Source of the DNA: Candidatus Versatilivorator sp.
GTDB lineage: Bacteria; Acidobacteriota; Terriglobia; Versatilivoradales; Versatilivoraceae
DNA length: 64,000 bases
Direction: 5' to 3'
NCBI GenBank assembly: GCA_965207735.1
Contig: OZ242296.1
Span: 1-64,000, forward strand
A program made the position numbers and the translations under genes. The notes below the pieces were generated by a model. The model saw nothing but the letters and a program-made list of their open reading frames with translations. It was not told where the DNA came from and did no database searches. Positions 42,399 through 52,216 of this stretch are shown here, in pieces. Numbering within the stretch: the stretch's first letter is position 1; each line of letters begins with the position of its first letter.

Positions 42399-42902
42399 AT
42401 GGAAACGCTAGCCAAACCTCGGGCGTTGGTAGTGACGGTCAGCGACTCCGCCTCTCGCGGGGAGCGCCAGGACCTTTCGGGTCCTGCTGCCTGCGAGGCG
42501 TTGGAGGCGCTGGGGTGTGAGGTTCTGGACCGCGCCGTGGTCCCGGACGAACTGGAGCACATCAGGGAGTGCCTGTTGAAGGGATGTGAGGTTCACAAGG
42601 TCGAGCTGGTGGTGACCACCGGCGGGACCGGCCTGGCGCCCAGGGACGTCACTCCCGAGGCCACGGCCTGCGTTATCGAGAGGGAAGTTCCCGGACTGGC
42701 TCAGTTGATGCGGTCGGAGGGGATCAGGAAGACTCCCAGGGCGGCTCTTTCGCGCGCCCTGGTGGGCGTGCGCGGCGGGACGCTCATCATCAACCTGCCC
42801 GGCAGCGTCAAGGGGGTTCGGGAGTCCCTGGAAGCCTTGCAAGCCGTGCTGCCCCATGCCCTGGAGGTCATTTCCGGGAACACGGTCCGCTGCGGCGGGT
42901 AG
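42399..42902 (+). CDS. MogA/MoaB molybdenum cofactor biosynthesis protein
   Basis: TVSD, DLSGP, TTGGTGLAPRDVTPEA, INLPGS. Confidence 0.93.
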   Translation: METLAKPRALVVTVSDSASRGERQDLSGPAACEALEALGCEVLDRAVVPDELEHIRECLLKGCEVHKVELVVTTGGTGLAPRDVTPEATACVIEREVPGLAQLMRSEGIRKTPRAALSRALVGVRGGTLIINLPGSVKGVRESLEALQAVLPHALEVISGNTVRCGG

Positions 42903-42913
42903 TCGGTCCGGAT

Positions 42914-44206
42914 TCAGACCTTGTCCGGGACGACGAAGGGCGGACGATAGCGGCGCTTGAGATATTGGTCGGCTTCCCTGTCGTCGGCAAATCGCTCCTG
43001 TTGCGGATCGAAATTCAAGGTGCGGCCGGTGCGGTAGGCGATGTTGGCCAGGTGCGCCGTTGAAGACGAGATGTGCCCCTCCTCGATCTCCGAGTTCAGG
43101 TGTTGAGGCTTGCGAGATCTTACCGCTTCAATGAAATTCACATAGTGGTTGCCGCTCTCCTCACGAGCCGGACCGGGCTCGCGCTTTCTTCCCAGGAAGG
43201 TCTTGTAGGCAAAATATTTGGAAATCTCGACGTACCCCTCGGAGCCGTAGATAAAGGCGCCGATCTGGCTGTCGCCTTCCGAGTTGGTGATCCAGTGTCG
43301 GACTTCGAACGTCAACAGCTTCTTCTGGTCGGGATATTCGAAGCTGGCCACCTGGACGTTGGGAGTCTCCTGGTCGTCGTCAAAGAGAAAGTGGCCTCCC
43401 ATGCACTGCACCTTCCGCGGGAGCCCCACGCCCAGACCCCAGCGGGCCAGGTCCAGTTGGTGGGGACCCTGGTTTCCTATATCTCCGTTGCCGTATTCCC
43501 ACTGCCAATGCCATTCGTAGTGGAAGCGGTTTTGCGTGAAGGGACGATTTGAGGCAGGCCCGATCCATAAATCGTAATGGACCCCCGGCGGAACGGGCTC
43601 CACTTTGGCTCTCCCGATGCTCTTCCGCCACTTGTAGCAGAGCCCTCGGGCCATGTAGACCTCCCCGATCAAGCCCTGGCGGATCTTCTCCATGGCCTCC
43701 TGAAGCGCTGGGCTGCTGCGGTTCTGAAAGCCGACCTGAACGATACGGCCGTACTTGCGGGCCGCCTCAACCATCTTTCGTCCCTCCCAAATGCCGTGAG
43801 AACTGGGCTTTTCCACATAGACATCCTTGCCGGCCTGACAGGCCCAGATGGTATTCAGGGCGTGCCAGTGGTTGGGAGTCGCAAATGAAACAACGTCGAT
43901 CTCTTTTTCTTCCAGGAGTCGACGCACGTCCACGAAGGATTGAGGTTTCTTGCCGGTCAGCTTCTCCGTTTCGGCCACTCGCTGGTTCAGGATGTTTTCG
44001 TCCACGTCACACAGGGCCGCCACCTCCAGGTTGTGGTGCCTGAGTTGGGCAAAATCCCGAATGTGCCCGGCCCCGCGGCCGCGCAAGCCCACCACCGCCA
44101 CCCGAATTCGGCTGTTGGCTCCTGGGGGGGCGGAAGCCCGGGCCAGGCTGGAACCGGCCGCTGCCAGCGACGTCACAAGAAAGTAGCGCCGATTGATTGC
44201 TTTCAT
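42914..44206 (-). CDS. Tat-exported Gfo/Idh/MocA oxidoreductase
   Basis: NRRYFL, ATPNHWH, GKDVYVEKP, NQGPHQLD. Confidence 0.92.
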   Translation of the reverse strand: MKAINRRYFLVTSLAAAGSSLARASAPPGANSRIRVAVVGLRGRGAGHIRDFAQLRHHNLEVAALCDVDENILNQRVAETEKLTGKKPQSFVDVRRLLEEKEIDVVSFATPNHWHALNTIWACQAGKDVYVEKPSSHGIWEGRKMVEAARKYGRIVQVGFQNRSSPALQEAMEKIRQGLIGEVYMARGLCYKWRKSIGRAKVEPVPPGVHYDLWIGPASNRPFTQNRFHYEWHWQWEYGNGDIGNQGPHQLDLARWGLGVGLPRKVQCMGGHFLFDDDQETPNVQVASFEYPDQKKLLTFEVRHWITNSEGDSQIGAFIYGSEGYVEISKYFAYKTFLGRKREPGPAREESGNHYVNFIEAVRSRKPQHLNSEIEEGHISSSTAHLANIAYRTGRTLNFDPQQERFADDREADQYLKRRYRPPFVVPDKV

Positions 44207-44258
44207 GGGGGCTCTCTCCAAAGATGATCGTGCAGACGTTGGCGGCATTGTAACAATT

Positions 44259-44490
44259 TTGCCTGAAACAACGCAGGGTTATCCGCGAGGGACAAAAAGG
44301 ACAAAAAGAGTGATCCGTGAAGGGCCACGAAAGACTCTGAGTCTTCCCACAAACGCACACTCGATCATTGAGCCAGTCAGCTTCCTGAGCAGCAGCCTCT
44401 CTTCCTGTTTGTCCTGTCTTTCCTGCGCATCCATGCTCGACTTCATGCAGAAAACCAGATGAACGGGACAGGGTCCTTGTTCCTGACAGG
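44259..44490. repeat. Composite intergenic repeat with GxxExxY-like remnant
   Basis: Starts TTGCCTGAAACAAC; contains GAAGGGCCACGAA; minus strand reads MDAQERQDKQEERLLLRKLTGSMIECAF; ends TTGTTCCTGACAGG. Confidence 0.65.
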
Positions 44491-44615
44491 ACACGAAGGT
44501 TCGTCAGGCGGGGAGCGTTTCCCGGGGCCGAAATATCCCGGGCCAACCCAACCGCATCGCCGAGGTTTGGCGTATAATGGCGGCGAGACCGTCCGTATCC
44601 TGTCGGAGAGTTGCA

Positions 44616-47336
44616 ATGGCTATCACATCGGCTACCTTCGAGGAGCAGTACCTCTCCATTCTCGAGCGAGCCTCCAAGCCGGGCCGTTATATCGGCGGGG
44701 AGCCCAACATGGTCCGCAAGGACCCGGGCGCCGTCCAGATCCGTTTCGCCCTTGCCTTTCCGGACGTGTACGAAATCGGGATGTCTCACAACGGCTTGAG
44801 GATGCTGTACCACCTGCTGAACGGCATCGAGGATGTCTACGCCGAGCGCGTGTTTGCGCCCTGGGTCGACATGGCCGACCTGATGCAAGCCGAGGGTTTG
44901 CCCCTGTTGAGCCTCGAAACCAAGACCCCGATCGACCGGTTCGACCTGGTGGGTTTTTCTCTCCAGTCCGAGTTGACCTATATCAACGTTCCCTACATGC
45001 TGGATCTGGCCGGCGTGCCCCTGCGTTCGGAAGAGAGAGGCGACCGGGACCCGCTGATCTGCGCCGGCGGACCTTGTACGGCCAATCCGGAACCCCTGGC
45101 GGACCTGGTGGACTTCTTCGTTATCGGGGACGGGGAAGAGGTTGTCCTCGAGTTGGTGAATCTCTGCCGGGAGGCCAAGCACAACGGGCTCCGGCGCTGG
45201 CAGGTCCTGGAGCAACTGGCGACCCTGCGAGGCGTCTATGTGCCCCAGGTGCACCAACCCGAATCCCCCTGGACGGTGGAGCCGAACCCGGCCAAACCCC
45301 GCACGCTGGTGAAGAGACGCTGGGTGGAGGCATTGTCCCCCGACTTCTACCCGACCAGGCCGGTGGTGCCGGTGATCGATGCCATTCAGGATCGTGTGAG
45401 CGTCGAGGTCATGCGGGGCTGCACCCAGGGGTGCCGCTTTTGCCAGGCGGGCTACTGGTACCGCCCCACTCGGGAACTGGAAGTCAACGACGTCATGCGG
45501 CTGACCTCGGAGATGCTGAAAAACACCGGGAACCGCGAGGTTGGCCTGCTCTCGCTTTCAACGGCCGACTATAGCCAGGTGGAGTGCCTGACTCGGGAAA
45601 TGTCCCGTTCCTTCTCCCGGGACAAGGTTTCCATCTCGCTGCCCTCCCTCAGAGCCGACGCCTTCTCCGTCTCGCTGGCCGAAAACGTCGGAGAGGTCAG
45701 AAAGAACGGGTTCACCTTTGCCCCCGAAGCCGGAAGCGTTCGCTTGAGACAGTTTGTGAACAAGAACATCAGTAACGAAGAGCTGTTCCAGGCCATCGAG
45801 ACGGCCTACCGGCAAGGCTGGAACCTGATCAAACTCTATTTCATGATCGGTTTGCCCAGCGAGACCGATGCCGATATCCGGGAGACGGTGGATCTGATTC
45901 GTCAGATCGGCGGGATCGGTAAACGGTTCAAGGGGCCGCGCAAGGTGAATGCCAGCATCGGGACCTTCGTTCCCAAGGCGTTCACGCCCTTTCAATGGGA
46001 TCGCTTCGAGGACCTGAAGGTGACCACCCAGCGTCTGGACTACTTGAAAGGGGCCGTGAGGTTTCCTTTCGCCCGACTCAAGTGGCACGACCCGGCCGAG
46101 TGTTTCATCGAAGGCGTGCTCTCCCGGGGAGACCGAAGGGTGGGAAAAGCACTGCTGCAGGCCTACCGGCTGGGATGCCGTTTCGACGGCTGGGACGAAA
46201 CCTTCAACTTCCAGCTCTGGATGAAGGCTTTCGAGGAAAGCGGCGTCGATCCCCACTTCTACAACCGTGATATCGCCTTGAACGAAGTCTTGCCCTGGGA
46301 TTTCATCGATATCGGAGTTTCCAAGCGGTTCCTGCTGACGGAGCGGGAGCGGTCCTATCGCAAGATTCAGACCTATGATTGCAAGTGGGGAGATTGCCGG
46401 GGATGCGGCATCCCGGGAAACTATGAGGATATCAAGCTGGCGGGTATTCCCGTGGAAGAGGAGAAGCCGGTGGACGTGCACTGGCCCCAGGCGGATGGGC
46501 CGAACCGGTCTGGCGGAAACCCGGCAACCCCGGATCCGGTCTCCGATCGGGATGTCCCGGCGCAGAATCCGCTGGTCCAGATAAGCCTTCCGCCGCCGGT
46601 CGAGGCCGCGGACTCCGGAGGGGAAGACAAACCCTCAGGAGTGCCGGGGCCGGCTCCTTCCGATGAAAGTCTGCCTGCCCGGTCCTACCTGGTTCACTAC
46701 CGGAAGGAAGGTCCGGCAAGGCTGCTGTCGCATCTCAACGTTATGAAGCTGCTGGAACGGGCCTTGATTCGATGCGGCCTGCGCTTGAAGTTTACCGAAG
46801 GGTTCAATCCTCGTCCGAAATTCAAGGCCTCGCCCGCCATTCCTCTCGGGATGTCCAGCCGGTCGGAGTATCTCCAGTTTGAAGCCTTTGGCCGGTTGTC
46901 CGAATCCCTTGCGGATCAACTCAATGACTGCCTGATAGAAGGTCTCCAGGTCTATACGGTCGAGGCGGTGGAGGCGGGCAAAAAGGTAGGGATGACTCGA
47001 CCTCTGCAGGCCGGCTACCGGGCTTGGCTGCCCGATCGGGCAGCCAAGCCGGCTTCAGCCGAGGTCGCCGAACTTACCGGCCGCGTCTACGACCTGATCA
47101 GCCACCTGGCCGATCATGATCGCGGAAACGCCTTCTACTGCAATTCGCCGGAGCACGAGAGAATTGCGGACTTGAGGGTGATTCGCGAAGAGCCGCTTGC
47201 CTTGAGCTTCACACTCTCCCTCAATCCCGATACGGGCTCCATGATGAGAGTCAAGGATTTTCTGGCAGAGGTGCTGGGCTGCCCGGAAGCTCTTGTCAGA
47301 CAGTTCAGGATCTCAAAGGAGTCCCTCTCCTTCTGA
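44616..47336 (+). CDS. TIGR03960-type radical SAM protein fused to TIGR03936/DUF2344 domain
   Basis: AFPDVYEIGMS, CxxxCxxC (GCTQGCRFC), FAPEAGS; C-terminal LSHLNVM...FTEGFNPRPK. Confidence 0.92.
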   Translation: MAITSATFEEQYLSILERASKPGRYIGGEPNMVRKDPGAVQIRFALAFPDVYEIGMSHNGLRMLYHLLNGIEDVYAERVFAPWVDMADLMQAEGLPLLSLETKTPIDRFDLVGFSLQSELTYINVPYMLDLAGVPLRSEERGDRDPLICAGGPCTANPEPLADLVDFFVIGDGEEVVLELVNLCREAKHNGLRRWQVLEQLATLRGVYVPQVHQPESPWTVEPNPAKPRTLVKRRWVEALSPDFYPTRPVVPVIDAIQDRVSVEVMRGCTQGCRFCQAGYWYRPTRELEVNDVMRLTSEMLKNTGNREVGLLSLSTADYSQVECLTREMSRSFSRDKVSISLPSLRADAFSVSLAENVGEVRKNGFTFAPEAGSVRLRQFVNKNISNEELFQAIETAYRQGWNLIKLYFMIGLPSETDADIRETVDLIRQIGGIGKRFKGPRKVNASIGTFVPKAFTPFQWDRFEDLKVTTQRLDYLKGAVRFPFARLKWHDPAECFIEGVLSRGDRRVGKALLQAYRLGCRFDGWDETFNFQLWMKAFEESGVDPHFYNRDIALNEVLPWDFIDIGVSKRFLLTERERSYRKIQTYDCKWGDCRGCGIPGNYEDIKLAGIPVEEEKPVDVHWPQADGPNRSGGNPATPDPVSDRDVPAQNPLVQISLPPPVEAADSGGEDKPSGVPGPAPSDESLPARSYLVHYRKEGPARLLSHLNVMKLLERALIRCGLRLKFTEGFNPRPKFKASPAIPLGMSSRSEYLQFEAFGRLSESLADQLNDCLIEGLQVYTVEAVEAGKKVGMTRPLQAGYRAWLPDRAAKPASAEVAELTGRVYDLISHLADHDRGNAFYCNSPEHERIADLRVIREEPLALSFTLSLNPDTGSMMRVKDFLAEVLGCPEALVRQFRISKESLSF

Positions 47337-47342
47337 CTCTTT

Positions 47343-47549
47343 TTAGTCTTTCAGGGCCGACTCGGCCTCCTCATTGCGGTTGCGGTAACTGGTGCAACCC
47401 GCGCAGGTTGCCTCGCGCCAGTTGACTTTCATTTCCGGATGGTCACACTCCAGTCTGCGGTTGTACTGGGTCCGGGTGCCGAAGAATTCCTTGGGAGATC
47501 TCTCCCTGGAAAAAACGCAACTGCGCAGTTTCTTGAGGCTGGCTTTCAT
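47343..47549 (-). CDS. Small Cys-containing hypothetical protein
   Basis: ATGA overlap with accA stop; C, CDH and CAGC motifs. Confidence 0.6.
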   Translation of the reverse strand: MKASLKKLRSCVFSRERSPKEFFGTRTQYNRRLECDHPEMKVNWREATCAGCTSYRNRNEEAESALKD

Positions 47550-48532
47550 GGACGGTTTTCGGAATCCGGCACCGGGCCGGAGGAGTTGGCAGCATCTCCC
47601 AGGACACGGAAGCGGCGGCTTCGCTCCAGCACCAGTTGCTCGCCTGAGAGCGGCTTCAACGCCTCCAGGCCCTCCTTCAACTGTCGATCCACCGCAGTGG
47701 CCGTTCCCTTGGGGTCGTTGTGGGCGCCCCCCTCGGGCTCGGGGATCACCGCGTCCACGATGCCCAGGCGCTCCAGATGGCTCGAGGTGATTTGCAGCGC
47801 GTTGGCAGCCTCTTCAACCCGCGACTGGTCCTTCCAGAGAATGGCGGCGCAGCCTTCGGGAGAGATCACCGAGTAATAGGCATGCTCCAGCATGTAGACG
47901 CGGTTTCCGATCCCGATCCCCAGGGCTCCTCCGCTGCCTCCCTCACCGGTGATGGTGACCAGAACCGGTACGGTTAAACAGGCCATTTCCCGCAGATTCT
48001 GAGCTATGGCTTCGGCCTGTCCCCGCTCTTCGGCTCCAATGCCAGGGTAAGCTCCCGCCGTGTCGATGAAGATGAATATGGGGCGGTCGAACTTGTGCGC
48101 CAGGTGCATCAGGCGCAACGCCTTGCGGTAACCCTCCGGCTTGGGCATTCCGAAGTTGCGGAACAGCTTCTGCTCGGTGTCCCGCCCCTTCTGCGTCCCC
48201 AGGACCATGCAGGGTTCTCCGTGGAAGCGCGCCATGCCGCCGATCATGGCGGGATCGTCGGCAAAGCGGCGATCCCCGTGCAGTGGGGAAAAATCGGTGA
48301 AGATGAATTCGATGAAGTCCTGGACGTGGGGCCGTCGGGGGTGGCGGGAGAGTTGGACCCGGTGCCAGGAGGTCAGCTCTGTCGAGGACTGGCGGCGCAA
48401 GTGATCCAGGCGCCGACGTAGCGTTTCCAGGTGTTTGGCGCTGTCGTCGGATGGAGTTTGGCGAGAGAGTTCTTGGATCTGCCGTTCGAGGTGCTCGACC
48501 TCATGGCGCTGATTTGCGGTGTCATTGGCCAT
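47546..48532 (-). CDS. accA: Acetyl-CoA carboxylase carboxyltransferase alpha
   Basis: LHGDRRFADD, NFGMPKPEGYRKA, GEGGSGGALG. Confidence 0.98.
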   Translation of the reverse strand: MANDTANQRHEVEHLERQIQELSRQTPSDDSAKHLETLRRRLDHLRRQSSTELTSWHRVQLSRHPRRPHVQDFIEFIFTDFSPLHGDRRFADDPAMIGGMARFHGEPCMVLGTQKGRDTEQKLFRNFGMPKPEGYRKALRLMHLAHKFDRPIFIFIDTAGAYPGIGAEERGQAEAIAQNLREMACLTVPVLVTITGEGGSGGALGIGIGNRVYMLEHAYYSVISPEGCAAILWKDQSRVEEAANALQITSSHLERLGIVDAVIPEPEGGAHNDPKGTATAVDRQLKEGLEALKPLSGEQLVLERSRRFRVLGDAANSSGPVPDSENRP

Positions 48533-48556
48533 GGTGGACTCCGGTTCCGCTGAAAA

Positions 48557-51500
48557 CTACCGCCGAACCGAACCCGTCCCGCAAAGAGTTTCTACCTGCT
48601 GGACGAACCGCCCGTCGGCCTTCACCCGACCCAAGTGCCTTGGCTGCAAGGTTATCAGATAGGATTGAGGATGTTCAAGTTGAAAGGTGACCCGACTGTC
48701 GCCCGGATTCTCTTCCATGATTGAGCGTAACTTGAACGGCAGGTCATGGGCCATGTCCTCCAAATTGACGTAAATGGTCACCGGCGGGGTCGCCTGCGGT
48801 CCATCGATTGGCTGGATCTCTCGGACGATGATCTTGCGATTTCCCGAGTCCTCCAACTCAAGGACGCCCCGGACCAGAACCGCGGCCTCGGATTCCAGCA
48901 GCGACTCGCAACGCTTGAAAACGTCCGGAAATACCACGGCGTCAACCGAGCCGCTGAGATCCTCAAGAGCCAGGGTAGCCATTCGATCGCCCTTCCGGGT
49001 TCTCAACGGTCGCAGGGAGCTGATCATGGCCCCGACCTGGACTTCCTGGCCGGTCTCCAGCTCGTTGACGTCCTCGACTTTGGTGGACGTGATCCGCTCG
49101 ATCCGTTCCGCGAACTTTTCCAGCGGGTGTCCCGTAATGTAGAACCCCAGGGTTTCCTTTTCGCTGGAAAGGATCCGTGACTCCGGCCACTCCGGGGTGT
49201 CGGGCAGTTCCTGGTAAGGTTGGAGCGCCGGGTCGCCGCTCGAGGGATCGCCGTTGAATGAGGCAAAGAGTCCCCGCTGGCCCGATTCCCGGTCCCGCTG
49301 GATACGCTGGGCCGAGTCGATGGCCCGATCGAGCGAGGCCAACAGCTGGGAGCGGTGTCCTCCCAGGGAATCCAGGGCGCCGGCCTTGATGAGGCTCTCC
49401 ATGACCCGCTTGTTCACCAGCCGCAAGTCGATCTCCTCGCAGAATTCGAAGAGGGATCCGAACCGGGAGACCCGCTTTCTGGCCTCCAGGATGGAGGCGA
49501 TGGCATTGGTCCCCACGTTCTTGATGGCCGCCAGGCCAAACCGGATCTCCGGTCCGGATGGAGTGAAGTGCAGGTCGCTCACGTTGACGTCGGGGGGTAG
49601 GATCTTGATGCCCAGGTCCCGGCACTCGTTGATGTACTTTACGATCTTGTCGCTGTTGTTGATTTCGCTGGTCAGCAGCGCCGACATGAAGCAGACGGGA
49701 TAGTTGGCCTTCAGATATCCGGTCTGGTAGGCCAGGATCGCGTAGGCGGCGGAGTGGGCCTTGTTGAACCCGTAGCCGGCAAACTTCACCATCAGGTCGA
49801 AAATGCGCGCGGTCTTGCGCGCATCGAAGCTCCGGGCTCGGGAGCCGGCAATGAATTTTTCACGCTGGGCTTCCATCTCTTTGGGCTTTTTCTTTCCCAT
49901 GGCGCGCCGCAGGAGATCTCCTTCAGCCAGCGAATAGCCCGCCAGCTTGTTGGCGATCTGCTGCACCTGCTCCTGGTAGAGGATGACCCCCAGCGTTTCT
50001 TCGAGGATCCCTTTCAATTCGGGCAGGTCGTAGGTCACGTTGGTCCGGCCGTGTTTTCTCTTGATGAAGTCGTCGATCATTCCGCCTCCGAGGGGTCCGG
50101 GGCGGTAGAGGGCGTTGAGAGCAGTGAGGTCTTCCAGCTTTTCCGGCTTGAAGCGCCGCAGGATGTCCTTCATGCCGCTGCTTTCAAACTGAAAAATGCC
50201 ATTGGACAACCCCTGGGAGAAAATCTCGTAGGTCTTGGGGTCGTTCATCGGCAGAGTCGCCAGGTTGACTTCTTCTCCGGTGGTCTGAAGGATGAGCTTG
50301 ACGGCATGGTCGAGGACGGTCAGGGTGGTCAAGGCCAGAAAATCCATCTTGAGCAACCCGATCTCCTCCAGATGGTCCATGGCGTACTGAGTGGTGATTT
50401 CGTCCTTGTTGCTCTTGTAGAGGGGCACGATGTCAGTCAGGGGTACGGGAGAGATCACCACCCCGGCGGCATGCGTGGAAGCGTGCCGCGCCATTCCCTC
50501 CAGCCGCCTGGCAATGCCGAAGAGGTCGCGCACCCGCTCGTCCTTGGCGATCATGGAGCGCAAGGCCGGTGTCTCGTCCAGGGCCTTGGTCAGCTTCACG
50601 CCGATCTCCGCTGGAATCAGCTTGGCGATGCGGTCCACCTCCGCGTAAGGCATGTCCAGGCCTCGGCCCACATCCTTGACCGCGGCCTTGGCCGCCATGG
50701 TCCCGAAGGTGATGATCTGACAGACGTTGTCGCGGCCGTATTTTTGGGTCACATAGTTGATGACTTCCTGACGCCGGTGGGTGCAGAAATCGATGTCGAT
50801 GTCCGGCATGGAGATCCGTTCCGGGTTGAGGAATCGCTCGAACAGCAAGCCGTACTGCAGGGGATCGATATCGGTGATCTTCAGACAGTAGGAGACCAGG
50901 CTTCCCGCCGCCGATCCCCTGCCGGGCCCGACCGGGATCTGCTGCTGCCGGGCGTAGCGCATGAAATCCCAGACAATCAGGAAGTAGCCCGGGTAGCGCA
51001 TCTGCTTGATGATTCCGATTTCATGTTTGAGCTGCTCCTCGTAAGACTCCAGCGGGAGCTTAAGCTCTCCGCGAGCCTGCAGAGATTTCCAATAGGGGGT
51101 CCGGGTCTCAAAACCCTCCCAGCAAGCCTGCTCGAAAAACTCCTCCAGACTTTTCTCTCCAGGCACCTCGAAGTGGGGAAAGGTCTGGCTGGCCTTTTCG
51201 AACTGGAATTGACAGCGTTCCGCGATGTCCAGAGTTTGCCGGATAGCCTCGGGGTGGTCACGGAAGAGGTCCGCCATCTCCCGGGCGCTCTTCACGTAGA
51301 ACTGGTCGGTGGCAAAACGCATGCGGTTGCGGTCGCCCATGGTTTTGCCGGTCTGGATGCAGAGCAGCACCTCGTGAGCCAGGGAGTCCTGTTGGGTAAC
51401 GTAGTGGCAGTCGTTGGTGGCGACGATGGGAATGTCCAGGGACTTGGCCAGCCGAACCAGCTCGGGTTTGATGCGCTGTTCGTCCTCCAGGCCCTGATCC

Positions 51501-52030
51501 TGAAGTTCGATGAAATAGCGGTCTTTTCCAAAAATGTCCTGGAATTCGCCGGCGACTTGACGGGCCTGGTCGTAATTTCCCTGGACAAGGTTTGAGCAGA
51601 CCTCTCCGCTGAGGCAGGCGGAAAGGCAGATCAGCCCCTCATGGTGCCGGGACAAGAGTTCCTTGTCGATGCGCGGTTTGTAGTAGAAACCCTGCAGGAA
51701 GCCGTGGGAAACCAGCTTGACCAGGTTATGGTATCCGGTGGAGTTTTCGCAGAGCAGGACCAGGTGGTGGTTGGACTTGTCACCGCCCGCGCGTTCACTG
51801 GCCGCTCCTCTGGCCACGTAGACCTCGCAGCCGATGATGGGCTTGATCCCGTGTTTGCGAGCCGCCTTGTGGAAGCTCATGGCGCCGAACAGGTTGCCGT
51901 GATCGGTGATGGCCGCCGCCGGCATGTCGAGCTCCGACAGCCGCTGCATCAGGGTCTCGACCGAGCAGGCGCCGTCCAGCAGGCTGTAGTCGGTGTGGAG
52001 GTGCAGGTGAACGAAGTTTTCCGGGTTCAT
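48557..52030 (-). CDS. dnaE: DNA polymerase III alpha subunit
   Basis: HLHLHTDYSLLDG, GRGSAAGS, MPDIDIDF, YGFNKAHS. Confidence 0.98.
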   Translation of the reverse strand: MNPENFVHLHLHTDYSLLDGACSVETLMQRLSELDMPAAAITDHGNLFGAMSFHKAARKHGIKPIIGCEVYVARGAASERAGGDKSNHHLVLLCENSTGYHNLVKLVSHGFLQGFYYKPRIDKELLSRHHEGLICLSACLSGEVCSNLVQGNYDQARQVAGEFQDIFGKDRYFIELQDQGLEDEQRIKPELVRLAKSLDIPIVATNDCHYVTQQDSLAHEVLLCIQTGKTMGDRNRMRFATDQFYVKSAREMADLFRDHPEAIRQTLDIAERCQFQFEKASQTFPHFEVPGEKSLEEFFEQACWEGFETRTPYWKSLQARGELKLPLESYEEQLKHEIGIIKQMRYPGYFLIVWDFMRYARQQQIPVGPGRGSAAGSLVSYCLKITDIDPLQYGLLFERFLNPERISMPDIDIDFCTHRRQEVINYVTQKYGRDNVCQIITFGTMAAKAAVKDVGRGLDMPYAEVDRIAKLIPAEIGVKLTKALDETPALRSMIAKDERVRDLFGIARRLEGMARHASTHAAGVVISPVPLTDIVPLYKSNKDEITTQYAMDHLEEIGLLKMDFLALTTLTVLDHAVKLILQTTGEEVNLATLPMNDPKTYEIFSQGLSNGIFQFESSGMKDILRRFKPEKLEDLTALNALYRPGPLGGGMIDDFIKRKHGRTNVTYDLPELKGILEETLGVILYQEQVQQIANKLAGYSLAEGDLLRRAMGKKKPKEMEAQREKFIAGSRARSFDARKTARIFDLMVKFAGYGFNKAHSAAYAILAYQTGYLKANYPVCFMSALLTSEINNSDKIVKYINECRDLGIKILPPDVNVSDLHFTPSGPEIRFGLAAIKNVGTNAIASILEARKRVSRFGSLFEFCEEIDLRLVNKRVMESLIKAGALDSLGGHRSQLLASLDRAIDSAQRIQRDRESGQRGLFASFNGDPSSGDPALQPYQELPDTPEWPESRILSSEKETLGFYITGHPLEKFAERIERITSTKVEDVNELETGQEVQVGAMISSLRPLRTRKGDRMATLALEDLSGSVDAVVFPDVFKRCESLLESEAAVLVRGVLELEDSGNRKIIVREIQPIDGPQATPPVTIYVNLEDMAHDLPFKLRSIMEENPGDSRVTFQLEHPQSYLITLQPRHLGRVKADGRFVQQVETLCGTGSVRR

Positions 52031-52040
52031 CGGGATCTAG

Positions 52041-52155
52041 CTCGCATTTCTCATCAGGGGACGGCCAGCATGGCGTGCAACCGCAGGGCATCGGCATCGG
52101 ACCTACAAGTTTCAGAAAATAAATGGCGTTTCATTATGAATCCAGCGACCTGGTT
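52041..52155. mobile_element. Degenerate IS1380-related MITE
   Basis: CTAG + CTCGCATTTCTCATCAGGGG (TIR-like); contains CCAGCGACCTGG as in the 54570 element; outer right TIR lost. Confidence 0.7.
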
Positions 52156-52216
52156 GGAAGCTCATCAGGTGACCACAGCAGAAACGATGCGACGCGTTGG
52201 ACCCATGGAGTGGGGT

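Noticed and set aside
49754-51595. Long antisense ORFs (also 12280-13839, 21807-23693, 23608-25290, 15507-17063)
   Set aside because: Shadow frames opposite well-supported genes, expected in high-GC DNA.
48557-52030. Intein in DnaE
   Set aside because: Length of 1157 aa is normal and no intein splice motifs or insertion are apparent.
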